The position numbers and the translations under genes were made by a program. Source: a virus (lineage: Duplodnaviria > Caudoviricetes). Taken from it: 48,482 bases of DNA. Below the pieces are notes generated by a model, which did no database searches, was not told the DNA's origin, and saw only the letters and a list, made by a program, of their open reading frames with translations. This document shows positions 28,869-37,501 of the stretch, piece by piece. Where the stretch lies: IMG/VR virus record IMGVR_UViG_3300020043_005195, positions 1 to 48,482 of that record. The stretch is one strand, 5' to 3'. How positions within the stretch are numbered: position 1 is the stretch's first letter; each line of letters begins with the position of its first letter.

Positions 28869-30192
28869 GATCCAGAACTCCGAGGTTCTTGGTATTCTCA
28901 TATAGTAATTCGTTGATGGTCTCCGCATCTTCTTTCTTGCGCATAACCTTTCCAAGTATTTGCCGATCGTTCTCGCCGCTTGTAAGAAAATAATGGAGAG
29001 TTCTTCTTGTCTGTCCTCCCCGGTGCGTTCGTGCCATAGCTTGAGCCACCTTGGCGTAAGTCCACGGATAGCCATGGTATAGAGAGCAAGCTGCGTTCTG
29101 CAAGTTTAGTGCTTCAGCTCCTGCGCCATAGGTAAGTCCTAAGACTTTAAGTTTTCCTTGTTGAAATTTCTGAAGTATGGCACTCCTCTCATCATTGCTT
29201 TGTGCTCCAGTAATCAGCTCCATTTTCCCTGCGAAGGTAGCCTTAGCTTCTTGCAAAGGGAAAAGATAATTGGAGAACACTACTAGCTGCTCAGTCGAAG
29301 TATGTAAATAATCTCTAATCCAATCTAACATATAAGGCGTCTTAGCCCGAGCAAGTTTCTCCAGTAATTCCATGTAGGCTTCTGGATGCTCAATGTCGGC
29401 GTCGGCAAGTAGCCTATCGTCGTCAAGTTTAAGATCGATAGCTATCTCTTGCTTAGCAGGTAGATCAATACAATCTTCTACTGCGACATAATGAATGACT
29501 GGATTTAAAAGCTGAGATAACATCTCCGCGTTCTGTATCCCTTCGTGAGTAGCTCCTTTCTTTTTCCCATCTCTATAGGTAGACCACTCACGCTCCTTTC
29601 TCTGAGCAAAAGTAAGCTTCCATTTCTCAAAGCGTTTCACGTCAATAATTCTTTGTGCGCTTTCTTCTATAGTCTGTGCTGCCGTTATTGCCCACGAGGT
29701 ATAGTATTCTTGTGCCCCGTTAGTCATTGGAGTTCCGGAGAGTAGAATAATCTTTCCACCTTTAAAAGAGTTCTGCGACTTATGAATAGTCATGAACAAG
29801 GCTGAAAGATTTTTAGATCTCTCAGTGTCAGGGTTCTTTACGAAGTGTGACTCGTCCATGACCACTGCTCTAATGTCGTGGTAAAAACAAATTTGTGCAG
29901 CCTTGTGGATCTGAGAGTAAGGGATAAGTAAAAGGCTACGATACATCTCAGGTATAAACTTATTGCACTCTTGCTGCCATGTCGTGTGCGCTGACTTAGG
30001 AATTATCACTAAAGCTTTGGGAGTCGCCGACTGTCCGCTGCTCCTGAGCTTAGCGAAGTGCTCCTGTAAAAAGTGCAGCGTGGTTAGAGTCTTTCCGCTT
30101 CCCATGCCGTGCTGAGCTAATGCTCCAATGTAGGGAGTCTTAGTCACAAAAGAAATAAATTCGTTCTGGTGGTTTCTTAAAGTATATTTCAT
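28852..30192 (-). CDS. SNF2-like superfamily 2 helicase
   Basis: 'GMGSGKT', 'MDESH', 'LSGTP', 'AEALNLQ', 'QAMARTHRGGQ'. Confidence 0.9.
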   Translation of the reverse strand: MKYTLRNHQNEFISFVTKTPYIGALAQHGMGSGKTLTTLHFLQEHFAKLRSSGQSATPKALVIIPKSAHTTWQQECNKFIPEMYRSLLLIPYSQIHKAAQICFYHDIRAVVMDESHFVKNPDTERSKNLSALFMTIHKSQNSFKGGKIILLSGTPMTNGAQEYYTSWAITAAQTIEESAQRIIDVKRFEKWKLTFAQRKEREWSTYRDGKKKGATHEGIQNAEMLSQLLNPVIHYVAVEDCIDLPAKQEIAIDLKLDDDRLLADADIEHPEAYMELLEKLARAKTPYMLDWIRDYLHTSTEQLVVFSNYLFPLQEAKATFAGKMELITGAQSNDERSAILQKFQQGKLKVLGLTYGAGAEALNLQNAACSLYHGYPWTYAKVAQAMARTHRGGQTRRTLHYFLTSGENDRQILGKVMRKKEDAETINELLYENTKNLGVLDLDTFI

Positions 30193-30704
30193 AGATCGTC
30201 TTCTTTGATCTCGCCCAACTTCGCAGCTCTCTCCGGACCTAAAGTCTTCAGAACATTATCGTAAAAAATCTTCTTAAAAAACGAAGCAGGGCGGTGCTTA
30301 TACTCTGGAGGTCGTATCCACGTGCGATATCTAGGGTATATCTTATCTCTTCTTAGGGTAAATTTTAGTCCGGCAAATTTCAGTATGTTTGTGACGTGGT
30401 TTAGCTCCCATCTTTTAGGCGCTAGAATCCCTGCTTGAACAGCAGTATTAAAAGCGTTAGCGGTAAGTGTCACTGGATATCCTTGCCTGAATCTTTTATC
30501 ACACTCGACGACGTGATCGATCATGGCATAGGCTTTATCCATGAACTGACAGTATATAAGTTTATCCGCCATCTTTAGTAGTGGAAACTTATCGTACTCC
30601 TCTGTAATGTCAAAGTTCTCTAGGTAGCCTACGAGATACTCAACTACTTCGGGTTCGTATTTACTTATAACCCCTACTATTCTATTGATTAGATCTTGAT
30701 TCAT
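30189..30704 (-). CDS. Hypothetical protein
   Basis: Start placed at ATG 30704 after AGGTGACA; stop overlaps the helicase start. Confidence 0.7.
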   Translation of the reverse strand: MNQDLINRIVGVISKYEPEVVEYLVGYLENFDITEEYDKFPLLKMADKLIYCQFMDKAYAMIDHVVECDKRFRQGYPVTLTANAFNTAVQAGILAPKRWELNHVTNILKFAGLKFTLRRDKIYPRYRTWIRPPEYKHRPASFFKKIFYDNVLKTLGPERAAKLGEIKEDDL

Positions 30705-30725
30705 GGTTGTCACCTTTAAAATTTA

Positions 30726-31220
30726 TTAAGCTAGTCTGCGGTAGGCAAGTAGCTGCTCCCTTGGGTAGCGAGAAATATTAACTTGGTTGTTTTGGTTTCC
30801 GCCCAGAACATAAATATATTCTGCGTCTTCACGGACATAAAACGCTACGTGCCCAGTGCTGGCTTTCCGGTCTCCTCTCCAAAAAACTACAACGTCTCCT
30901 GCCATAGGGTTTTTGAATACAGGTAAGCCCCACACTAAGAATGATCTGGCCAGTGCGGAATGAGTTCCTTCGACTCCTGCCTGCTTAAGGCACCAATTTA
31001 CAAACGAAGCACACCATGGAACTTCATCAGTCGAAGCCTTAAGTGAGGTAGCTTTGTGATACTCGATGACTCTAGGATTGTGAGTGCCCCCGGGAATTTC
31101 AGTAACACCTAGTTCGTCTTTAGCAATCTGATAATGCTTAGGCGTGATAGGCTTAAAAGGTTTTATAGCTACGGGCTTCGACTCTTTCTTTTTGAATAAA
31201 TTTAGTATCCACTTAAACAT
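30726..31220 (-). CDS. TIGR02594-like NlpC/P60/CHAP peptidoglycan hydrolase (probable endolysin)
   Basis: 'DEVPWCASFVNWCL', 'GDVVVF', 'GHVAF', 'LGGNQNNQV'. Confidence 0.88.
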   Translation of the reverse strand: MFKWILNLFKKKESKPVAIKPFKPITPKHYQIAKDELGVTEIPGGTHNPRVIEYHKATSLKASTDEVPWCASFVNWCLKQAGVEGTHSALARSFLVWGLPVFKNPMAGDVVVFWRGDRKASTGHVAFYVREDAEYIYVLGGNQNNQVNISRYPREQLLAYRRLA

Positions 31221-31229
31221 GATTGACTC

Positions 31230-31856
31230 CTACTTATTTACGGCTTTAATTGCCATAGTTGATTTTTTATTTTCACCTACATTTTGTCGCAAAACGGACC
31301 AATAACGCGCTCCGCCAAGCCACTGGTCTCCCACTTTGCCAGCAATTCTTTTATCGCGAGACACCCAACGATTGAGTATCCGTACTCCACACTCAAGGTT
31401 AAGCTTAGGATCGTGCAGGTATTCTGCCACGGGTAGTGGGCATCCGTATCCCTTCGCCGACTCTATTGATAGCTGGAGAAGTCCGCGAGAAATTATATAC
31501 TCCCCTTTTTGATCTTTAAATGATTCTTTATATTGAGTGAAAGTCTTCCACCCTGACTCGTAGTATGCCATCTCTACTATGATCTTAGCCCAGAACTTTA
31601 CGCGCTCATCATGGGTCTCAGGGAAGCTATTGGAGAAGTCTTTCCAGTCGGTAGGCTTAACCTCTAATAGATCTCTGCCGTAAATAACTAAGGCTTTAAT
31701 GAGGTGAGTATCGTAGGTCGTATTATTCCAGCGCCCTTTAAAGTCTATAGTCTCCTGCTCAGTGGGGGTAGGGGTAAATGTAGGGCTACCCGTCGGAGTA
31801 GGCACGGGATCTTGACTGCACGAAATAAACAAAAATAAAATAACTAACTGCTTCAT
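31230..31856 (-). CDS. Lipoprotein with SLT-type lytic transglycosylase domain
   Basis: Lipobox-like 'FIS-C', Pro/Thr linker, 'YES', 'SRGLLQLS', 'DPKLNLECGVRIL'. Confidence 0.8.
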   Translation of the reverse strand: MKQLVILFLFISCSQDPVPTPTGSPTFTPTPTEQETIDFKGRWNNTTYDTHLIKALVIYGRDLLEVKPTDWKDFSNSFPETHDERVKFWAKIIVEMAYYESGWKTFTQYKESFKDQKGEYIISRGLLQLSIESAKGYGCPLPVAEYLHDPKLNLECGVRILNRWVSRDKRIAGKVGDQWLGGARYWSVLRQNVGENKKSTMAIKAVNK

Positions 31857-31942
31857 AATACCCTCGGTTAATAAAAATTAAGAATCTTAGTCCTTGGCAA
31901 AACGCTACACTAAAAGCTTGTAACAATCAAATGAGGTGCCCA

Positions 31943-32203
31943 ATGAAATTCTTACTTATGTCTTTACTCCTAGTATCCGTCACCGCCTGTGACCTATTTA
32001 ATAAGCCAGAAGAGGACGGAGGAACTGCAGTTAAAACTCCCGGTCGCTGCATCGATGGTGCCACTGCTATCGCAGAGGGCTTCGACTTATCTAAACTTGA
32101 TCCTAAGCACAAAAACTGCGCTCCTACATCCGCTAATCCTGACAAGTGCTTCTGTGTGACTGACCAAGCCTGCCACACAGCAAGTAAATGTCCTAGTAAC
32201 TAA
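31943..32203 (+). CDS. Cys-rich small lipoprotein
   Basis: ATG 31943 after GAGGTG; 'MKFLLMSLLLVSVTA-C'; six further Cys; fills the gap between - strand genes. Confidence 0.75.
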   Translation: MKFLLMSLLLVSVTACDLFNKPEEDGGTAVKTPGRCIDGATAIAEGFDLSKLDPKHKNCAPTSANPDKCFCVTDQACHTASKCPSN

Positions 32204-32206
32204 GCT

Positions 32207-32464
32207 TTACTTTTTTACTTTCTTAGCAACGGGCTTCTTAACTGAAGCCTTAGCTTTTTTCTTCACTGTCTTAACTTCAGCCGGAAGTATTTTAAAAATA
32301 ATATCTACTTTTCGACCGTCTTCTCTTTGGATAAGCATACTAAATTTTCCAATAGCTTCTTTTCCGAAAAGTCTTACTATATCATCCGCATAAGTAACGC
32401 TCATGCCCTCCACCATATCCTGAATAAATTTTGGAATGTTCTGTTTGGTTAAAGTCTTTTTCAT
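32207..32464 (-). CDS. Hypothetical protein with Lys-rich tail
   Basis: 85 aa, AAGGAG SD, coupled to upstream gene. Confidence 0.7.
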   Translation of the reverse strand: MKKTLTKQNIPKFIQDMVEGMSVTYADDIVRLFGKEAIGKFSMLIQREDGRKVDIIFKILPAEVKTVKKKAKASVKKPVAKKVKK

Positions 32465-32742
32465 TTTATCTCCTTAGGTTTCTCAAACCCACAGACGCAA
32501 GACTTATATCTTACGTGGTTAATGTTATCGCAGTCATCGCAGTCCCAGTATAAATTAGGAAATGCTTCAGCTTTCTTCTCTTTTTCTTTTCGTCCAATGA
32601 TCTTAGACCTGCACCTTTTACAGTGCGATCTAAGCCTACTGCCTAGCCCGTCGACGAACGAGAACATTCGACTTGGTAGAATCTCTAAGCAATTCGTACA
32701 GGCTTTACGGTCTACAGGAGAGTATTTAATTTCATAGTTCAC
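32461..32742 (-). CDS. Zinc-finger protein
   Basis: CTNC, CKRC, CDDC and CVC clusters; GTG start. Confidence 0.65.
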   Translation of the reverse strand: MNYEIKYSPVDRKACTNCLEILPSRMFSFVDGLGSRLRSHCKRCRSKIIGRKEKEKKAEAFPNLYWDCDDCDNINHVRYKSCVCGFEKPKEIK

Positions 32743-33073
32743 GTGTCTCCTCCATCATTCTATCAATAATAAGTCTCAGCTCTAGCTCTACAGGCAGAGC
32801 TGACCAGTCAATGCCCACAATATTTTTGAATCCGAAAGCAGTCGGTTCTTTAGATACGAAAGAAGCTTTAAGCTTAAAGTGCTTCGATATCCAGTCAAGT
32901 CTACGCTTATCTCGCTCAAGCCTGTCGTTTTCAACTTTCAGCTCGTCAACGTATTTGTGCCATAAATGACTCTCTAGTGCTTCGTAAGATCTCTTATCGC
33001 CTTTGTCTCTGAGGTCATAAATTTTATCGACCATTACATTTGTGTAATAGTTTTCAGAATGTGTCATGCTCAT
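32732..33073 (-). CDS. Hypothetical protein
   Basis: 113 aa, overlapping start/stop chain. Confidence 0.65.
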   Translation of the reverse strand: MSMTHSENYYTNVMVDKIYDLRDKGDKRSYEALESHLWHKYVDELKVENDRLERDKRRLDWISKHFKLKASFVSKEPTAFGFKNIVGIDWSALPVELELRLIIDRMMEETREL

Positions 33074-33351
33074 GATTCGACTCCCATCAATTCAGCTTTT
33101 AGCTGCTTAAATCTTGCATCCCATAGCGGAACTTTCTTAGAGACAAGGTAAGTCCCGTCGCGCCTTGTTCTTGCTAAGTACATATCGATGCAGCGTAGGC
33201 AATTAACCTCGTCGACTTTAGTTGAGTAGCGATAGTCGAACTTATTTACTCCGCATGGTGTACGCTTAATCGTTCGGTTATTAGTACCTATATGAATTAT
33301 AGTCGCAGCCCTCAAGATATCTTTAGCTGAAATAAAACTTTTCGCTTTCAT
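33070..33351 (-). CDS. Hypothetical protein, possible Zn-binding (H..C..CxxC)
   Basis: 93 aa, 'IH...PCG...VNCLRC'. Confidence 0.6.
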   Translation of the reverse strand: MKAKSFISAKDILRAATIIHIGTNNRTIKRTPCGVNKFDYRYSTKVDEVNCLRCIDMYLARTRRDGTYLVSKKVPLWDARFKQLKAELMGVES

Positions 33352-33467
33352 AGCTCATCATCCTTGTCGGGATAGCAGCCCTTAGACCCTCTCATGAAAG
33401 CAGCAATGCCCATGACTAAAGTTATATAGACGACTGCGGCTATTGCCATTTCAAGTATCGTTTGCAT
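33348..33467 (-). CDS. 39-aa single-TM protein (not in the ORF track)
   Basis: AGGAG SD, MQTILEMAIAAVVYITLVMGIAAFMRGSKGCYPDKDDEL, TGA overlaps the next ATG. Confidence 0.7.
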   Translation of the reverse strand: MQTILEMAIAAVVYITLVMGIAAFMRGSKGCYPDKDDEL

Positions 33468-33474
33468 AAATCTC

Positions 33475-33705
33475 CTAGTTCTGAAGCTTATGCGCCCACA
33501 GAGCGCGTGCTTGATTAATGTCGTCGACTGTTAGCATAGGGGAGAACTCGAACTTAAATCCCTGCTCCTCTTCTAGCTCAGCCTTAGTGCATCTGACGCT
33601 CTTAAACGAGTATAGAAAGCAGTCGTAGGTTTTATCCCTGCCATGTCTAGGCTTACATTTCTTTTTTGCTACCCTTATCGTGGGTATTCCTGAATTTAAA
33701 ATCAT
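33475..33705 (-). CDS. Hypothetical protein
   Basis: 76 aa, first gene after the promoter at 33733-33761. Confidence 0.7.
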   Translation of the reverse strand: MILNSGIPTIRVAKKKCKPRHGRDKTYDCFLYSFKSVRCTKAELEEEQGFKFEFSPMLTVDDINQARALWAHKLQN

Positions 33706-33732
33706 AGTGTCACCTATCCTTATCGTTCTAAA

Positions 33733-33761
33733 AATCTAGTGTAGCCAATTCGAATTGTCAA
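33733..33761 (-). promoter_or_regulatory. Sigma70-type promoter TTGACA-N17-TAGATT
   Basis: Perfect -35, 17-bp spacer, same downstream 21-bp block as the 28840-28868 promoter. Confidence 0.75.
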
Positions 33762-34004
33762 CTAATCCACTTGATGATCGGGGTCGTTAGCGCAGCCCTG
33801 CCCATTATGCCCACAAAGCATCTCAGTAGTGCCGCAGTGAGGGCACTCATCTATAGCGTCGTAGGCTTCTAGAATATGCTGTAATAGTTGGGCTTCCCTA
33901 AGCCTATCGTGCTTAATTATCGCCCGTAGAGTTAGCCCTGCCTCTTTATGACAGCGCCTGATCATTTTATTTATTAAGTGTTTTTGCTCTTTACTTAGAT
34001 TCAT
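33762..34004 (-). CDS. Hypothetical protein with Cys cluster
   Basis: 80 aa, 'CPHCG..LCGH..GC'. Confidence 0.6.
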   Translation of the reverse strand: MNLSKEQKHLINKMIRRCHKEAGLTLRAIIKHDRLREAQLLQHILEAYDAIDECPHCGTTEMLCGHNGQGCANDPDHQVD

Positions 34005-34012
34005 GTTCGTCC

Positions 34013-34216
34013 CTAGATAAAAGTTGATAGATCAATGTCGCTTCGATTAACTGAACTATTGCGAATAAATCTTTCGCGTTTCCATTTTCTATAGTGTTCT
34101 CTGATCATGTCAAGGGCACAGGTCAGCATAAAAAATAAAACCAGTACTGCCCACAGACTGGCTAAGAATATTAGTAGCTCGCCTCTCATTTCTTGATTAA
34201 AATAGCTCATTTCCAA
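34013..34216 (-). CDS. Small single-TM membrane protein
   Basis: Hydrophobic stretch then basic tail ending IDLSTFI. Confidence 0.65.
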   Translation of the reverse strand: MEMSYFNQEMRGELLIFLASLWAVLVLFFMLTCALDMIREHYRKWKRERFIRNSSVNRSDIDLSTFI

Positions 34217-34407
34217 AACTCCTTTAGTAGCTCTATGTATACCGCTAAATATTTAGGTCTAAGTTTATTCATTTGTGCATCGGTTATTGCCTCATATCCG
34301 TTTGCTATATAATGAAAATCCCAGAACTCTTCAAATGTCATACTGATTATCGAAGCTGGCGCGTGGTGAGCTAAAGCCTCAGTCTTTATGTCTGCAATAG
34401 TTATCAT
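34207..34407 (-). CDS. Hypothetical protein
   Basis: 66 aa, packed in operon. Confidence 0.6.
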   Translation of the reverse strand: MITIADIKTEALAHHAPASIISMTFEEFWDFHYIANGYEAITDAQMNKLRPKYLAVYIELLKEFWK

Positions 34408-34643
34408 AATTTCATGCCCCTTTTCGTCGATATCTTTTCAGCTCCATCAATCAATTCATCTAGGCGCTGTCCGGTAAGGTTAATAAAAATCAAATTGATT
34501 CTTGCCTGCTCGGTACTTGTCGCACTGTCGAATAGCTCTTTAATTCTTTCCGATTTTATATCGGGCTTAACTGCCATCATAAGCGCAGTAGACAAAGGGC
34601 TTGCCAGCGTCGAGTAGTTTGGTTTTTTGTTCATAGTTTTCAT
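34404..34643 (-). CDS. Hypothetical protein
   Basis: 79 aa, packed in operon. Confidence 0.6.
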   Translation of the reverse strand: MKTMNKKPNYSTLASPLSTALMMAVKPDIKSERIKELFDSATSTEQARINLIFINLTGQRLDELIDGAEKISTKRGMKL

Positions 34644-34655
34644 TCCTTGGTAGTG

Positions 34656-34913
34656 TTAAAAAGGGATATCATCGGCACAAAAATCATGCTTAAGTACATT
34701 GTCCGCTATTTCCTCGTATGCTCCGAACTTTTCTTTATTCCACAGATTGCGTCTGTCACCGTCGACGACCTTAATCACGTCCAAGAATTTTCGCAGTAGC
34801 GTGTGGTTAGTCATCGGTCGATCGATCTCAAGCTTTGCCAAGTATTCTAGTACGTCCTGACATTTTTGCAAGTCTTCACTATGAATTGTTTGCTCGGTTA
34901 GTTTAGTATCCAC
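34656..34913 (-). CDS. Hypothetical protein ending in an SSB-like DDIPF tail
   Basis: GGAGG SD, GTG start, C-terminus ADDIPF. Confidence 0.7.
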   Translation of the reverse strand: MDTKLTEQTIHSEDLQKCQDVLEYLAKLEIDRPMTNHTLLRKFLDVIKVVDGDRRNLWNKEKFGAYEEIADNVLKHDFCADDIPF

Positions 34914-34925
34914 AATTGCCTCCGG

Positions 34926-35483
34926 TTAAAATTCTAAAATGTCGTGCTCAATTAGTAGCGCCAAGGCTTTTTTATATTTAGCACGCCAAAAAGCTGCACT
35001 ATCACTATGCAAGTTTTCAATTTTAGCCTCGGGCTGGCTGTTATTAGTGAGGTAGATATCTTTGACAGTGTATCCATCCGGCAAGGCTAAGGGCTTCAGT
35101 GTTCTACTGCTAAGATCTTTAAGCTTTAAAAACCCATGTACTTTATAGTTTGAAATATTAGTCATTTTGCAAATGTCAGCGATAGAAAATCCCAGCTTAC
35201 GCTTGTTAATGATCTCTTCTTTCTGGCTATCGGAGAGATTAAAGCTATTGGAAAATGCTCGGCTAACTGCTCTCAATTGACTGCGCTGCTTTTTAGCCTT
35301 TCGCTTTTTACGTAGCAAATTGCCGACTTGATGTACAGTAGCGCCAATTTCCTGCGCTATATCGATGTAATATTTTCCCTCCCTGCTTAGCCTTTTAGCC
35401 TCTATTTTTTGAGTGCGACTCAAAGGCTTGGAGTAAGTTCGTTTAATGTTCTTGTCTGCTGTGTTCTCGTTTAATTCTTGCAT
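34926..35483 (-). CDS. Tandem helix-turn-helix protein
   Basis: Two HTH-like units: 'GKYYIDIAQEIGATVHQV' and 'GFSIADICKMTNISNYKV'. Confidence 0.65.
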   Translation of the reverse strand: MQELNENTADKNIKRTYSKPLSRTQKIEAKRLSREGKYYIDIAQEIGATVHQVGNLLRKKRKAKKQRSQLRAVSRAFSNSFNLSDSQKEEIINKRKLGFSIADICKMTNISNYKVHGFLKLKDLSSRTLKPLALPDGYTVKDIYLTNNSQPEAKIENLHSDSAAFWRAKYKKALALLIEHDILEF

Positions 35484-35510
35484 AATTGCCTCCGGTTAAT
35501 AGTTATTTAG

Positions 35511-35813
35511 TTAATAGTTTCGTGCAAAAGATACTCTTATAATATAGTCGCTTGCGTTTCCTGCTTCGGGCGCTAAGTACATATCGAAAACGTCAAGTGA
35601 AGACGTAAACCAATGCCCACAACAATCACGGGCGCAGCCGCAGCTTTTCCCCCAGCCAAATTTCTCAGCCGCCCACGACATGATAGCTTCCTTAGTCGCA
35701 GTACTTTCCAGCCTATAAAACGCATAGCCTCGCGGTGACTCAGCTTCCAGTGTTAGATAGCTGTACTCCTCGCCTGTAGGTTCCTCGATATACACTTTTT
35801 TAGATTCGCTCAC
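35511..35813 (-). CDS. Hypothetical protein with CGCxxDCCG motif
   Basis: 100 aa, GGAGG SD, GTG start. Confidence 0.65.
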   Translation of the reverse strand: MSESKKVYIEEPTGEEYSYLTLEAESPRGYAFYRLESTATKEAIMSWAAEKFGWGKSCGCARDCCGHWFTSSLDVFDMYLAPEAGNASDYIIRVSFARNY

Positions 35814-35995
35814 TTATCGCCTCCGGTTTTAACGTATTCTTTAATCATATTAATTTTCTCTAGTATCGCGTCCCAATTATCTAAGTCAGTGCAATCCCAC
35901 ATTGAGCAGGTCGAATCGTTTTCTAATGCCCTTATTTGCTGTTTTATGTCTCGTTGTAGGCTGTTAATCGATAATATTACTTCTGTCTTTTTCAT
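35810..35995 (-). CDS. Hypothetical protein
   Basis: 61 aa, overlapping start/stop chain. Confidence 0.6.
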   Translation of the reverse strand: MKKTEVILSINSLQRDIKQQIRALENDSTCSMWDCTDLDNWDAILEKINMIKEYVKTGGDK

Positions 35996-36483
35996 GCTAT
36001 CTTCCCCGACTCATAAAATTCATAGTCGTTAGCCTCGCAAAGGTCGCTAATGTAATCATCGCCCAGCATTGCCTCGTACTCCGAATGAATAGATTTTAGA
36101 TATTCGTTAAGTGCAGTCTTAATAGAATCAGCCGATAAGAAAGGCTTAACTAGGTGTTCTAGTAGATCAATGTCATAAGTGCAGCCGGTCAACGGGCAAT
36201 CGTCAATTTTTAGCACTAACTCGAATAGGTGGGCATAATTAAAATCATCATGCGTAGGCTTGATAGTTATATGCTCGCCACGATCGGGGACACAAGAAAT
36301 TGAGTAATCCAATTTGCCGTCGATTGCCTTTGCAAAAGCTTTTAAAGTTTCGATTCGTTCCTGCATACAATGATCATATAAATAGCTGGATAAATTATCG
36401 ATGATTTTATCTTTTAGGTCTCTGCTGGCTTCCTCGAACTTATAAATTTTATACTCTTTTATCACTGTTCTCATTTTAAACAC
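35992..36483 (-). CDS. Acidic early phage protein
   Basis: 'IYKFEE' N-terminus and 'CEANDYEFYESG' C-terminus, a pattern I recognise from mobile-element hypotheticals; function unknown. Confidence 0.65.
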   Translation of the reverse strand: MFKMRTVIKEYKIYKFEEASRDLKDKIIDNLSSYLYDHCMQERIETLKAFAKAIDGKLDYSISCVPDRGEHITIKPTHDDFNYAHLFELVLKIDDCPLTGCTYDIDLLEHLVKPFLSADSIKTALNEYLKSIHSEYEAMLGDDYISDLCEANDYEFYESGKIA

Positions 36484-36682
36484 TCCCTTTCATGAATTTT
36501 TTATTTTTAGTTATCTTGATAGATTCAACGGCATTAAACGGCATTAGTTGATCTTTCATAGCGTATTTAATCGCCATTAAAATATTGCTCGCCAGCTCTA
36601 CCCCGTCGTCGGCTTCAGTGTAAGGCTTAACGATGCGCGTGCCGTTTGAAGTTTTTATTTCTATTCTATAGATTGTTTTCAT
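36476..36682 (-). CDS. Hypothetical protein
   Basis: 68 aa, packed in operon. Confidence 0.55.
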   Translation of the reverse strand: MKTIYRIEIKTSNGTRIVKPYTEADDGVELASNILMAIKYAMKDQLMPFNAVESIKITKNKKFMKGSV

Positions 36683-36684
36683 AG

Positions 36685-37497
36685 TTAGTATTCCATGCCT
36701 AAGGTTTCTACAATGCGCTTAAGATTCGCTAAAATCATTGGCAATCTTGCCTCCAATTTTTCCTTGGTAAAGTCTTCAAGTGTAGCATCCTCCCATAGAG
36801 CGCAAGCGCGTGCAGCTTCAAGATCGGGAGTTTTTCCCTCCCCGTAAGCACTGGCTTCAGTTTTATAGCTAATCCTGCAAGTTCGCAGCGCCTCTAAAAT
36901 TTGGTATGCTTCGATCTCATCGCTGAAAGGCGCTCCATACCAAGTGCAAGCTCTCTCGTCTTTTCTCCAAGTATGAAAGTCATTAAAAGTATATTTAGGC
37001 GAGAATGAATAGTCTTTTCCCATATAAGGGCACTCTACGACTTGGAGAGTGTTAGCGTCGACGGTTTTAGTAAATTCCACAAATTTCTCGCCATAATCTT
37101 TCATGGGCACTGGGACATCGTTAAAAAACACTCGGGTTTTAAAATTCTTGGGCTCTCCTTTTCGATATCCCCAGCAATCCCGATCACTCGCATGATAAAG
37201 GCTATTGGCTACGTAATGCATAGGGGAGTCACTAGATACAAGGTGGTATTTGATTGCCTCGCGTAGCTCAGGGAAATGCTCGGATATAATGTCATGAATA
37301 CATCCGCCCGTAAGAAAGGCAGAATCCGAGCGCCTGCCTCTCTTGTATACACTGCCCGTAACGGATAAGCTGTTATGCCCATTTCCGCACTCATCGTCGA
37401 ATCTTACCTTAACCACTAAGTCGCAAGGCTTCCCGTCGTATTCGATCTCTTTGGTATACGTTTTAGATTGATTCTTTACTAGTTTACTTGAATTCAT
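36685..37497 (-). CDS. Early phage protein of unknown function
   Basis: 270 aa; 'RFDDECGNGHNS', 'GGCIHD', 'PMHYVAN' His/Cys-rich motifs. Confidence 0.75.
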   Translation of the reverse strand: MNSSKLVKNQSKTYTKEIEYDGKPCDLVVKVRFDDECGNGHNSLSVTGSVYKRGRRSDSAFLTGGCIHDIISEHFPELREAIKYHLVSSDSPMHYVANSLYHASDRDCWGYRKGEPKNFKTRVFFNDVPVPMKDYGEKFVEFTKTVDANTLQVVECPYMGKDYSFSPKYTFNDFHTWRKDERACTWYGAPFSDEIEAYQILEALRTCRISYKTEASAYGEGKTPDLEAARACALWEDATLEDFTKEKLEARLPMILANLKRIVETLGMEY

Positions 37498-37501
37498 AAA
37501 A

